A DNA stretch of 39,621 bases from Trichomonas gallinae (lineage: Eukaryota): the NCBI GenBank assembly GCA_008369845.1, contig MRSU01003509.1:1-39621 (forward strand), in the 5' to 3' direction. The notes beneath the pieces are model-generated. The model did not search any database, was not told the origin of the DNA, and saw nothing but the letters and a program-made list of their open reading frames with translations. The position numbers were made by a program, and so were the translations under genes. Positions within the stretch are counted from its first letter, which is position 1, and each line of letters begins with the position of its first letter. Positions 1 to 10,803 of this stretch are shown piece by piece.

Positions 1-5
1 ATATC

Positions 6-32
6 AAAAAAAAAAAAAAAAAAAAAAAAAAA
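6..32. repeat. Poly(A) tract, 27 nt, intergenic
   Basis: Uninterrupted A run read directly from the sequence. Confidence 0.9.
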
Positions 33-488
33 TGTCCATAATTCGTCTTCCAGTCTTTTTCCAGACTCGATAGTATTGGTAAAATTTTGTCTGAGGCTAA
101 TAATTATGGCAGTATTTGTACTCTGATTCCATAATTTATTTATCTTCCAGGCTCGATCTTGTTCTCCAAACTTGCACCCTAATTTTAAATTAAAAAAAAA
201 AAATATGATATGCTTATTTTCCTAGAATAAAATTCTTTATCATTTATTGATAAACATGCATTGCGATATGCAGATCTGAGCCCTTGGATGATTATTCCAA
301 TGCAATGAAATAGCAGTTAAATATTGGACTTATGAGGATCTGAAACATTAAAAATTTTACATTAGTCTATTTTTAATCAATGTCAAAAATAGTAGATTAA
401 TTGGCCTGAGAAATATAAAATAAATAACTTTTTAAATTAAATAAAATCGTCTTGCGAAGCGCAATGAACATAAATAAATATATAAGCC

Positions 489-3400
489 TTACCTGAGTTC
501 CATAGTCTGGCAATATTGAATAGCAACAAGTAATTTCTGGTATGTAATATTCTCTGATGAGTATTGTGGCAAGTGGAGCAGGTTGAAACATGTAGAAGCT
601 GTTGGAAGAGACTCATCAGGATTTTGCCTTTCAAGTCTGTCGATCTTGAGCTTGAAGGCCGAGTTGATACTTGAGTTTGGCAATCTTGTGTGAGTTGTAA
701 CAAACTTAAGGAACATGCGGCGCTGCTCTGGGTTAAATCTCTCGATGGCTGAGAACACCCATCTGACATTCTTATCTTCGAGACCCTTGTAATCTTTGAC
801 TTCGCAAATTGATCTGAGCTGCTGTGTTGTGATGACACTTGAGCCTTGAATCATGTGCGAAAGTCTGGCAGATGTAAGAAGAGGATGATGGTCGACTACG
901 ACATTTTCAATGAAGCCATCGCGCATTGCTGAGAGTGTCGGCCTGATCGAGTTGATTCTGAAGTTGATGGCTTCAGAGCAGAAGTTTTCAACTTCGCCAG
1001 GCCCTACAGTAGCATCAGCTGAGTGTCCTGGAATCATAGCTTGTGTTCCATCCCACTGCTCGATCTTCCATGGCACTGCGACTCTCTGGAAGTCGCCATC
1101 CGCTTCAGCCTTCCTCAGCTGAGCGAATTGGTCGGCCAGAGTCTTATCACATTGAAGGATATCGTTAGAGTTCAGTTCACCACCAGCCAAGAACTTGAAG
1201 ACGAATGGAACAAATGGAATATCTTGTGCATAACCAGTTCTGACAACCATGCCAAGATAGATACCGATACCTTTGAATATATGGAAGAAGCGTCCGCCTG
1301 TGTTTTCGTATGGAACAAAAACATCCTTCATATCGCCAGTGTTGTGGCGTCCATTTGGAGTCTGGAATGTTAAACATGATGTCTTTTCAAAGATCGATGC
1401 AGCAATTTCTGTGAATAATTCACGCATTGGACCAGAAGCATCGATAGCCTCCTCACCTGCAAAATGAACTCTCCACGGAGTACAAACACGCGGCTGGTAA
1501 ATACCGCAGCGGAATTTCGTGGGTGGATTTGCTTTATAAATTTCAGCGATTTGGTGGATGACTGAATATCTTCTGTCTCCCTTTTCATCCATGATGATTC
1601 TGTGTGCTGAATGTCTATCAATTGTGAATTCAAGGAATTCTCGAGATGATGTGACAGTCTTGACAAACTGCTCTGATGCATCTTCGCAAGAAACAAATTT
1701 ATTCAAAGACTCCCAAATAGGCTCTGGAACTTGGTTTCTGAAGTTGGATTTCAAGTAGTTGAAGTGGTGAATGAGTAAAGCCTTGAGATAAACCACTGAT
1801 GGTGGGAATCTAGACATTAGGGAGCATTGCTCGCAAATGGATTTAACTGTTGTAAATGTTGGCATCATCAAAGAGTTTCTTGGCAAAATGTTAAGCAATG
1901 TATCTGTGTCATCGTCATCCCACCTGATTGCGAAGTCCTTCATGTCTTCGATGAACTTTGCGTGGATGTCATCGACATTGACAGCTTGCTTGATGATCTT
2001 TCCTTGGTTTGGATCTTCGTTCCTGTATGTGATCATCGGTTTGAACTCGAGCCAGCCGTTTGGAATCGAAATGATTGAGAAGAACTGCATTTCATCAGTC
2101 ATAACTAATTCATCTCTGAAACTGGAAGCTGGAATGTAATCGATTTCTTCGAAACTGTCTGTCTTTGACCTGAGGATAGCTGCTTCAGCTGGAAGATTCT
2201 TTTGCGGATTGAAATTGATTGTGACTCTGACATGTGATGGGTTTGCGAGTCTGAGCAAAATTGGAGAAAGCTGTGATAGCGTTGGCTTGATGTAATCAGG
2301 TTGACCTTTATAGTAACCTGATGCTCTGTACCAGATTGGAAGAATTTCCCAGAACGGGAAGCCAATCAATGAGTTGTATCTTCTTGCGAATAATCTGATT
2401 GTCATGATGTGCTGGAGAATGTCCTTCGTGATTGCACCTGGATCCAATGGAACCTGTGGAATCATCAGCGTTGACTCCATCGAACTTGGAATGTTCGTGT
2501 TGAAGAATTCTGGGAAGTTTGAAGCGAAATCTTTGGCAACATCTGATGACATAACTCTCTGCTCCTGCTGATATACAATCAGATATCTGTCCTTGTACTC
2601 AATTGGCATCTTCTGGATCTGGCTGCCCAATAATAGCATCTTCTTCGTGAATTCAATATCATTTGTGATAGGAGTAGATGGGATTGTGACTTGTAGCAAC
2701 TCCAAGAATTGCGGAAGGTATGATATGATGAATGGAGACTGAGCAACAATAGAGTCAATGACAGCATTCTTAGCGATAATTTGTGTTTCGTGATTATTTG
2801 CCATGTAGATCAATGATTTTAGGAGAATGAGCATTTCGAATGGTGTCTCGAAGACCCACGAATTGTCCATCTGCAAAACTTCGAGCGTTGAAACTGCATA
2901 AGCCTTTTGGTTGACATTCAGCTTGATTTCCATTGGTGCTGGGATGATTAATGGAGAACCATAGCGATTATTTCCAATGCTGAAGAATCCTGGCATTGCT
3001 CCTGTGAAAGAGTTGATTGTCACTATTGAGCTGCCGCGTGTCTTGACTGCAATGATGTTGGAGCCTGGTGGATAATATGAGTGCCACCTGTTTGGATAAG
3101 CAACTAAGTGCAACAACGGATCGTTGCACATTGCGTAGATGCATTTAGCGACAGCGGCCGGTACGTCAGCGCGCTTTGATAAAGCAAGCATTGCTGCCTT
3201 GGCTTCGACATCGAGACTGAGATAGAGAAGGTTCGTTGTAGCTTTTTCGTTCCAGATTGGCTCTGAAAGAGAGAACATGAACTTGCCAACTCTGTATTCA
3301 TTGGGGAAGAACTGTTCGAGCAAAACAGACAAAATGGAGAAGAGCTTAACAATAACTTCTTCGTTAGTGATGAGCTCTGGACGTGCAGCACCAATTCTGA

Positions 3401-6400
3401 CCAAGCCGATTGTCATCCACTGGCAAGTCAATGCGTAAATCAAGCCCCTGAAAGCATCAATACAAATCGGTTTAGAAGCTGCTGTTGCAAACTGTGGATG
3501 GATCAAAATCGTGTGTTGTGGTGTGACGAAGTTTCTTCTAAGGCGCTCCTTATATGAAACAGGATTGACATCAATAATTCCTTTAGGAATAGTATTTGGA
3601 TCTGATGGTAAAATAGCTGGTTGGTTTTCTAAGAATGTTGGTGGTTGGAATAATGTGCCTGTGTGATGGAAAGATAGTGCAGCGTGTTCAGCGAGTGGTG
3701 GGAATGCGTGTTTGTCGAATGGATCTTCTGTGTAAGAAATTGAGTGATCCATATTTTTGTTACATGCGAAAATTACCCTGAACTTCTTGCCGTATGGGAA
3801 TGGATATTCGTTGGATCCAATAGTGAATTTGTGCTCTCTCATGTCGACGTACATTGTGTATGATTGTGCTGGTTTGAGCTTCTCATAGTCATCGAGTGAT
3901 GGATAGATCTTTCCGCTTGGTAGCTCAACGAAAGAGTATCTTGTCATGTAGCCTTCGACAGAGTCACTGCAAATGCCCAAATAGCCTCTGAGTCTGTCGA
4001 ATTTAGTTGAAACTGTGACGGAGAAGATTGTGTCTGGGCGAATCTGTGGTGAAAGATATGAAACAGTTGGTGCATCCTTGAATGTCATTGTGCTGAATCC
4101 GTTGTTCTCTGGCAATGACGGCTTGTTAAGGAATGTGTAGGCCGTCTCAATAGTGTGAATAATATTGCCGAATGGAACAGGAGAGACAGAAAATCTGTCA
4201 ACGATTTCTTTGTTGATTAACTTAAGGAATTCTGGCTCCTTCAAGAAATGCACGAATGCCTGGACATACAAGCACTGAACAGTGATGTCGAACTTAGTCT
4301 TGATCATCATATTATCCCAGAAAGACATTATATATTCGTATTTCGTGAATAACTTAGGATTGACTTGAATGAATGGAACAGCGTAAATGAAAGCAGGCTT
4401 GAAGACTTGAACAGTCTTCGGTGCTTCATTAAGTGAGAATGGTTTCTGATAGATCACATATGTATCCGGCTGCTTTTGTGGAATAGCGATGACTTCCGTT
4501 GATGTTGTGAGATCTGCGTGATATCTGACATTGCCAAATGGTCTGATTGGCTCCAAGAAGTTTGATAACATAGCGAAAACACCAGCAACCATGTATAAAT
4601 CACTTTCAGGAGTAATGTTTTCGATCACCTTCGTCAATACTTCATTGGAGAATAATTTACGGTTTATGACATCTCTGCAGATGTGAACGTATTCTGATGC
4701 AATGTCGAGATTGCTGAATGTCGCAAAAGCAGTGCCAATGATTTGGATGATTCTGTTGAAGAAAGCTTCATATCTCGATGACACTGGACAATTCATCAAT
4801 TGCAAAATTACTCTACCAACAGCGCGTGCTTCAAGCGGGTTCTTCGCATTGAACAATCTTTCAGTATAAGTGTCGAATATTTGGTCGGAATATTCGAGCT
4901 TCTTGAAGGCTTCAGCGGCTAAAGCAAGCATGATTAATGGCGAGCGAGGATTCATTAAGCATGGCTCTACTCTGTTGATTCTCGAAATCAAAGAGAAAGC
5001 GAGAGCGAAGACTCTTTCGTTTGTCGGATCTTTTTCCAATAAACCGAGAACGCTTGCTAAGAAATTGGTGTGAATTTCCTGGACATTTTCGATATCTCTG
5101 AAGAATCTCAACGCCAAGAGAAGGAATCTATTATTGTGTGTCTGTTCAATCATAACCAAAACTCTCTGGAAGAACTTGTTGATCTGGTCGTTCTGTTGAG
5201 GAGTCATCTTAGTGACCTTCATGATGACACTCAAGCCTTCAAATGACTCTATGCAGCTGAGTGTGTATGCGATAATATCATTCAGCAAAGGATGGATTTG
5301 CATCTGATATGTGTTATCGATCAAAGAGAAACCGACAAGAGTTGTCTGAATTCTGGTTCTCTGCTGTCTGACGATGTTCTTGATCAAAATTGGCGCGAAG
5401 TCTGTATTGAGATAATCAGTGATTAATGTTTCTTTGACATCGTCTTCGAGGAATTCACTTTCCAATCGCAGTAACATCAATGCTCTGATTTTGAGGTCTT
5501 CGGCAAGTTGTGGCTTTTCGTTTTGATTATGCTGTCTATATGTGCTTCTGATCTTCATCATGACATCAGCTGCTTTCTTCAATTCAGGAGAAAGAACGCC
5601 TTTGAAATTTATTAACTCGTCCAATAGACCCATGTGCTTGCAAACACCGAGCATGACGATTTTGTCGAGTTCTTTGTACTGCGGTGTGAGTTTCTTGTTT
5701 TGAATTGCCTTGTGCTTCAAATAGATTTTCTCAAGCTGTGGGCATGGATCCGCTGATACGAATTCTCTTAATTTCTCGTTGCTGATTAAGTTGATGTCTG
5801 GTGAATCCAAGTTTTTGAATTCTGCTTCGTGGTCGATGATATCCATGTTTGCGCGCATGATCCACATGCACTTGGATTCGAATTCTGATTGACCACCACC
5901 CTTGAAAAGTGTAGCAGAGAATTTGCCAAATGTAAACAAGAGTGTCAAAACAAAGTTACCAATCTTAGGATATAAATCCAAGTTCATAACTTTGACTCTA
6001 ATGAATTCAGAAAGCTTGGCGAGTAAGGCAGATAAAAGAGCAGTCATGATTCTGGCGATTGAGTGATATTCGACTAATGGAGAAATGAGTCTGATGAAGT
6101 TATCGAACAACATGAAAATCAAGGATTCTTGGAATTCGTTTGCGTTTTGTGCCATTGAAATAGCTGTGTCAAACTTGGATGCGAGAATCTGGAAATAGTC
6201 TCCGAAGTTGTCCAGCTCATTTGGCTGTGTTGTCTTCGATTTTGTCGCATAAGAAACTTCAGCGAATGGATCTTCTTTCAGACGCTTATTCGCGTGAGAT
6301 AGCAAAACTCTCTGATGGACAATCAATAATCTCAAAATTGCTTCTTGTGAGGAATTGATGCTTGCTAAGTTCTGCGGGATGAGTTCTGTAAAAGAGTTTG

Positions 6401-8225
6401 AAGCATTGAAAGGAATTGTTGCTAAAACATGAGAATTTTCAAGTTTGTGCAAAACGAAATTGAACAAAGGTTTCGATTGAATTCTCTCCTTGATCAATTT
6501 GACCAATAATACAACAGAATACTGATGGTTGTAGAAGAAGAAGAATTCTGTGTTGGAGAAGAATAATGAGACAGCAAGATTTGTCGGCAAACTTGTCAAC
6601 AAGTCGAATAATTTCTGGATCAAAACTGGAATTTTAGCGTTGCTTTGTTGGATTAAGATAAGGTTTGCCTGCAAGATAGAAATCAAAGACTGGACGATAG
6701 AGATGATGGAGTCTTTGGCGGATGACATAACATTGGAAGGAAGAGTTAAAAATTGATTAATTAAGTCAACGAGTTGTTCGAACATTGAGCTTTGTCTTGG
6801 AATGAAGATTCTCGGGATGATTTGGGAGCCAAGGAAGGCAGACATCATTGGTGTAATGTTTTTGACGAATTTCTTGAGACGTTTCTGGAAGAACATATTT
6901 TGATCATAATGAGACAAATCCAAAATCGATGGATCATCAGAGCCTAAGAATAGGATTCTCTTAACAATAACTCTGTTGTTGTTAAATGGAACAATGATGT
7001 AATAACATTTATTAATTACATCAATTGTTGCTGCAAGGATTGGAGCATCATACTGGAAGCCAACATCAATGAGGAAGTCACCAGATTCGAGTGAGAAGAT
7101 TCTGAAAATCGAGTTAGCTGGTCCTTGATACATAAATCCAATATAATGACCATTTGTGACGATCGGAACTTCCTTGTGCGTGTTGTCCTTTGGGAATAAG
7201 TATGGATAATTTGGGTCTAGGCGGACTTTTGACCTTTTGAGTTCAGAAGAAATTGTGGAATCTCCATATTTATATGTAGCTTTCCATGATGCATCAACAT
7301 TGACAGTTGTAATACCATTAGAAAGAACAAATCCGCCAATAGGGCCAGATTTTGGCTCGAATCTAAGTTTTTCATCCATTTCCATCTTAAGTAATTCGCG
7401 AACTTCCCAACTGTACTTTACACCAGTATCTAGGATGTATAACTTGTTCTTATCCGTGTGAATATTGACTGCATCTGTAAGACTGATATTGTCTGGGATT
7501 TTTCTCCTCATTGGAATCGTAACACAAGCTCCATTTTCAGAAAGTGGATATATGTAAAGTACGTATTTTGTTAAAACGAATAAGAAATTGCCATCAGATG
7601 TGATTGAATGAGCAGATATTTTGCCTCCGCTTTCGAGGATATCAAACCAGGAGCCTTTGTATGTAAATTCAACCATTGGAGGTGGAAATGCAGAGGGTGG
7701 AATCGAATCTTGGAAGAATTCCGTAACCTCATCGATAACTTTTGATTTTACTTCTTTCTTTAAAATAAGTTGATAAGAATCTTTGAAGGCTTCGAATATC
7801 TTGTCAAATGAAATTTCTTGCTTTAAAGCAAATGAAAAAGACGGAATATTTGTAAATCTGTGTTGCATTGCATAAGCAATTGCAGCTTCGCGTGCATTAT
7901 ACAACCTGATATATTCATCGAAAGATGTTTTGAGTATTTCGATGTATGATTCATCTTTGTTATCCGGATATCCGATGATCGCTTCGCAAACTTGTCTAAA
8001 ATTCATGATTTGTTCAGTACAATTGACCATCATATCGACGATAGCATGAGGATGATGCACAGTCGTGATGCTGGGAACGAATTTCCTGACAGGCGGAGGA
8101 TTGCAAGATAAAGTAACAAGTTCTCGTAGGTAAAAGTGTCCGAAAGACGGGTAGTCCCTCATGTTCTGGAAGACTGGAGAACGTGCAAGAGGTGCAGTTG
8201 ATGTCTGTGATGTTTCTGCACCCAT
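489..8225 (-). CDS. Large HECT-domain E3 ubiquitin ligase (2578 aa)
   Basis: Uninterrupted ORF. C-terminal HECT motifs: WRVHFAGEEAIDASGPMRELF, RRMFLKFVT, and the catalytic segment LPTASTCFNLLHLPQYS. TTACTTA (Inr-like) lies immediately before the ATG at 8225. Confidence 0.93.
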   Translation of the reverse strand: MGAETSQTSTAPLARSPVFQNMRDYPSFGHFYLRELVTLSCNPPPVRKFVPSITTVHHPHAIVDMMVNCTEQIMNFRQVCEAIIGYPDNKDESYIEILKTSFDEYIRLYNAREAAIAYAMQHRFTNIPSFSFALKQEISFDKIFEAFKDSYQLILKKEVKSKVIDEVTEFFQDSIPPSAFPPPMVEFTYKGSWFDILESGGKISAHSITSDGNFLFVLTKYVLYIYPLSENGACVTIPMRRKIPDNISLTDAVNIHTDKNKLYILDTGVKYSWEVRELLKMEMDEKLRFEPKSGPIGGFVLSNGITTVNVDASWKATYKYGDSTISSELKRSKVRLDPNYPYLFPKDNTHKEVPIVTNGHYIGFMYQGPANSIFRIFSLESGDFLIDVGFQYDAPILAATIDVINKCYYIIVPFNNNRVIVKRILFLGSDDPSILDLSHYDQNMFFQKRLKKFVKNITPMMSAFLGSQIIPRIFIPRQSSMFEQLVDLINQFLTLPSNVMSSAKDSIISIVQSLISILQANLILIQQSNAKIPVLIQKLFDLLTSLPTNLAVSLFFSNTEFFFFYNHQYSVVLLVKLIKERIQSKPLFNFVLHKLENSHVLATIPFNASNSFTELIPQNLASINSSQEAILRLLIVHQRVLLSHANKRLKEDPFAEVSYATKSKTTQPNELDNFGDYFQILASKFDTAISMAQNANEFQESLIFMLFDNFIRLISPLVEYHSIARIMTALLSALLAKLSEFIRVKVMNLDLYPKIGNFVLTLLFTFGKFSATLFKGGGQSEFESKCMWIMRANMDIIDHEAEFKNLDSPDINLISNEKLREFVSADPCPQLEKIYLKHKAIQNKKLTPQYKELDKIVMLGVCKHMGLLDELINFKGVLSPELKKAADVMMKIRSTYRQHNQNEKPQLAEDLKIRALMLLRLESEFLEDDVKETLITDYLNTDFAPILIKNIVRQQRTRIQTTLVGFSLIDNTYQMQIHPLLNDIIAYTLSCIESFEGLSVIMKVTKMTPQQNDQINKFFQRVLVMIEQTHNNRFLLLALRFFRDIENVQEIHTNFLASVLGLLEKDPTNERVFALAFSLISRINRVEPCLMNPRSPLIMLALAAEAFKKLEYSDQIFDTYTERLFNAKNPLEARAVGRVILQLMNCPVSSRYEAFFNRIIQIIGTAFATFSNLDIASEYVHICRDVINRKLFSNEVLTKVIENITPESDLYMVAGVFAMLSNFLEPIRPFGNVRYHADLTTSTEVIAIPQKQPDTYVIYQKPFSLNEAPKTVQVFKPAFIYAVPFIQVNPKLFTKYEYIMSFWDNMMIKTKFDITVQCLYVQAFVHFLKEPEFLKLINKEIVDRFSVSPVPFGNIIHTIETAYTFLNKPSLPENNGFSTMTFKDAPTVSYLSPQIRPDTIFSVTVSTKFDRLRGYLGICSDSVEGYMTRYSFVELPSGKIYPSLDDYEKLKPAQSYTMYVDMREHKFTIGSNEYPFPYGKKFRVIFACNKNMDHSISYTEDPFDKHAFPPLAEHAALSFHHTGTLFQPPTFLENQPAILPSDPNTIPKGIIDVNPVSYKERLRRNFVTPQHTILIHPQFATAASKPICIDAFRGLIYALTCQWMTIGLVRIGAARPELITNEEVIVKLFSILSVLLEQFFPNEYRVGKFMFSLSEPIWNEKATTNLLYLSLDVEAKAAMLALSKRADVPAAVAKCIYAMCNDPLLHLVAYPNRWHSYYPPGSNIIAVKTRGSSIVTINSFTGAMPGFFSIGNNRYGSPLIIPAPMEIKLNVNQKAYAVSTLEVLQMDNSWVFETPFEMLILLKSLIYMANNHETQIIAKNAVIDSIVAQSPFIISYLPQFLELLQVTIPSTPITNDIEFTKKMLLLGSQIQKMPIEYKDRYLIVYQQEQRVMSSDVAKDFASNFPEFFNTNIPSSMESTLMIPQVPLDPGAITKDILQHIMTIRLFARRYNSLIGFPFWEILPIWYRASGYYKGQPDYIKPTLSQLSPILLRLANPSHVRVTINFNPQKNLPAEAAILRSKTDSFEEIDYIPASSFRDELVMTDEMQFFSIISIPNGWLEFKPMITYRNEDPNQGKIIKQAVNVDDIHAKFIEDMKDFAIRWDDDDTDTLLNILPRNSLMMPTFTTVKSICEQCSLMSRFPPSVVYLKALLIHHFNYLKSNFRNQVPEPIWESLNKFVSCEDASEQFVKTVTSSREFLEFTIDRHSAHRIIMDEKGDRRYSVIHQIAEIYKANPPTKFRCGIYQPRVCTPWRVHFAGEEAIDASGPMRELFTEIAASIFEKTSCLTFQTPNGRHNTGDMKDVFVPYENTGGRFFHIFKGIGIYLGMVVRTGYAQDIPFVPFVFKFLAGGELNSNDILQCDKTLADQFAQLRKAEADGDFQRVAVPWKIEQWDGTQAMIPGHSADATVGPGEVENFCSEAINFRINSIRPTLSAMRDGFIENVVVDHHPLLTSARLSHMIQGSSVITTQQLRSICEVKDYKGLEDKNVRWVFSAIERFNPEQRRMFLKFVTTHTRLPNSSINSAFKLKIDRLERQNPDESLPTASTCFNLLHLPQYSSENITYQKLLVAIQYCQTMELR

Positions 8226-8755
8226 TAAGTAAAATTACAAAAAAAAACTAAAAAAAATTTGGATTTGGAAAAATTTTTTTTTCACGGTGAGATTTTTTTT
8301 GTCAGGTTTTTGATATGAATCATTATGTTTTTTATTTTAAAGATTTATTTGTTTGACCGTGCGCATGTGAAAAACATTTACTATTACGAATGTTTGAGTT
8401 ATTAAATTTTGAAATTTATCATTGCGGAATTAGAGCTATTCTCATTTATTTATATGATGTACTTATATATCTGATATATGTTTTTGTGTTAAATACTATC
8501 TGTTTTGTAATAAATAAGAGAAATCAAAATCAAATATCATAAATATATTGCAAATTAATGATGTATTCAGATGTAAAAGGTATGTATTCAAAGAACAAGT
8601 AAAAATCCACCATTGAATTTTATCACCGGTATTGAACATCGTAATTAATGAAATTATTAGCCAATTGTTGCCAAACTCAAGTATTAATCTATAGTGAATG
8701 AGAATCATCCGAATATGGAAGAGCTGATGATAGAAACGCCATGTTTCAAATTTGA

Positions 8756-8780
8756 TTTTTTTTTTTTTTTTTTTTTTTTT
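8756..8780. repeat. Poly(T) tract, 25 nt, intergenic
   Basis: Uninterrupted T run read directly from the sequence. Confidence 0.9.
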
Positions 8781-9163
8781 GATTCAAAAAAATAATATGA
8801 AAAGTTTTATGTAAAAATTATTAAATTTTATTTTTTCTAATGCGAAAACAAAATCAATTAAGTGTTTTTAACGCGGAATATGTTGTTAAATAAAAGAGGG
8901 ATAGGAAATTGTCATATAGAGTTGAATATCTTTTCATTATCTTTTCAAGTTGATATATTTTATTAATATATTTGTATTTTTGTAAATAATCAATATTATG
9001 GGGCTTGCAGTTCATTTCACAGCAATCAACTGAATTTCCAGAGATATAATTTTTTGACAACTTTAAATTTTGTAATTAACTATAATTTCTATCATATTTA
9101 AAGATAAAAGTATCAAATAATAGATTAATATAAATAACAAACACATTTAATCTATATAGAAAA

Positions 9164-10495
9164 TTATTCAATAATTTCTGGAACAGATAGAAGAGTGTAT
9201 TGCATATTCCTCCTCCTTATATAGTAGTGAGCAATTCTTCCAATTAGAACAAAAGCAAATAAACCAATAATCAAGATTGCAAAGAGAATTAATAATAATG
9301 TTGGTGAAAATTCGATTCTGATTGATAAACCCTTACTTACTCCTTGGCAAACATCTGGAATTTCTGGAAACTCTATAATTGGATGTGGAATTTCTGTTTG
9401 TATAAAATTAATTAATTCAAAAGAGTCTTGTTCTGTGTCAGCGAGAATTGGGGCATCTGATATGAAATTTATGAACAAAATTTTCTCAGCTTTTGAAGAA
9501 GTTGAAATAAATATTTGCTTTGCGCATTCTTTGAAAACATGGTCAAATAACTTAATAGATGTCGAAACTTTGTAGTTTGCAATGCTTCTGTAGTTTCCTG
9601 TACAGTTAATTATGTTCCATTTATTAAAATTAGTTTCAAATTGCTTATGTTGCACTGTAATATCGTATATAGGGCTTTCACTTTCCACATATATGGAAAA
9701 CAGCGTAAAATATGAATAAATCGAATGACTTTCAGCAATTCTAGATCTTAAAGCAGGAACACGAGGAGTAACAGCGTTTGTTATATTAACTGACTTTAAT
9801 TCGATCATTGAGTTATGCTCGATTACAGATGTTTGTGTTTTAAGTACATTTTGAGGACAATCAACAATTTGCGAATTATTGAAAAATATTTTAGATTGGA
9901 AAGATTTAACAAATAGTGCATGGCCTGCAAGAATAGCTGTACATTGTGAAAAACAACATTTTTCGATGGTTACATTAGATCTACTGTCGAGAATTGCAAT
10001 TGCGCCGCCATTGGTCAGTTTTTTCGTAGTCGCACACTCAGTAAATACGCAATCAATTGTTTTTATGTCTGATTTGAAATTCGAAGTTAAAATCGCTCCA
10101 CCTCCATGTTTATCATTTGATATACATTGTATAAATGTGCACTTAACAAATGTGAATGTTTTAGGGTCGGAAATCACTGTTTGCTCGTAAAATGACTTTT
10201 TATTGAAATTATTTTTCGAATCTATAAGTTTAATCGCAGAATTTAGTATTTGGCTGAACTCAGTTCGAATAAAGTAAGTATTATGATTAATCGAAGATGA
10301 AAAATAAACTGAATTAAATTGTTTCGAAAATCGAGAATTCGAAATTTTTAATGAATTTGTGTTAACCAATAATGATTTGGAGATTGCTGGGCTGCTGCTA
10401 AGAGAATTGACCATCAGACTTCTCATCGTGAAGTTCATCAGGCTTTTTTTCTTGCGAGAAACTTTTTTTGGACTTTTTTCAACTGAAATAGCCAT
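9164..10495 (-). CDS. Predicted type I membrane protein with a Pmp-like/right-handed beta-helix ectodomain (about 443 aa)
   Basis: Repeated GGAI and FxxC motifs (GGGAILTS, VFTEC, NGGAIAIL, CFSQC). C-terminal TM segment LLLILFAILIIGLFAFVLI, then a basic stop-transfer stretch and a short tail containing YTLL. Start placed at ATG 10495, preceded by TACTTTT; ATG 10438 is an alternative. Confidence 0.72.
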   Translation of the reverse strand: MAISVEKSPKKVSRKKKSLMNFTMRSLMVNSLSSSPAISKSLLVNTNSLKISNSRFSKQFNSVYFSSSINHNTYFIRTEFSQILNSAIKLIDSKNNFNKKSFYEQTVISDPKTFTFVKCTFIQCISNDKHGGGAILTSNFKSDIKTIDCVFTECATTKKLTNGGAIAILDSRSNVTIEKCCFSQCTAILAGHALFVKSFQSKIFFNNSQIVDCPQNVLKTQTSVIEHNSMIELKSVNITNAVTPRVPALRSRIAESHSIYSYFTLFSIYVESESPIYDITVQHKQFETNFNKWNIINCTGNYRSIANYKVSTSIKLFDHVFKECAKQIFISTSSKAEKILFINFISDAPILADTEQDSFELINFIQTEIPHPIIEFPEIPDVCQGVSKGLSIRIEFSPTLLLILFAILIIGLFAFVLIGRIAHYYIRRRNMQYTLLSVPEIIE

Positions 10496-10803
10496 AAAAG
10501 TATTACATATTTCATCTATATACAACACAAAGAAATAGAATATATCAAATTTTCAGTCAGAATTCTTTATTTTATATCATGAAATATATTTTTTTAATAA
10601 AACAGCCAAAATATTTAAGAAATAGATTATCTATCTTGATATTAGATGAATAAACTTATATTCAAGATTCATTTAAAATATAAATTTGAATCCAAAATTT
10701 CATCAATAAATAGGTCTGTAATTGTTTGAAAATACATACTAAGTAATAAGCTTTATATAATAACAATAATATATAAAAATAAAAATTATAAAAATTAAAT
10801 TCA

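Noticed and set aside
57..158. Imperfect direct repeat TTCCAG(A/G)CTCGAT near 57-71 and 144-158
   Set aside because: Only two short copies at the window edge; no array or CRISPR-like structure.
437..7461. Many short antisense and alternate-frame ORFs inside the HECT gene
   Set aside because: Shadow ORFs arising from codon bias; no independent motifs.
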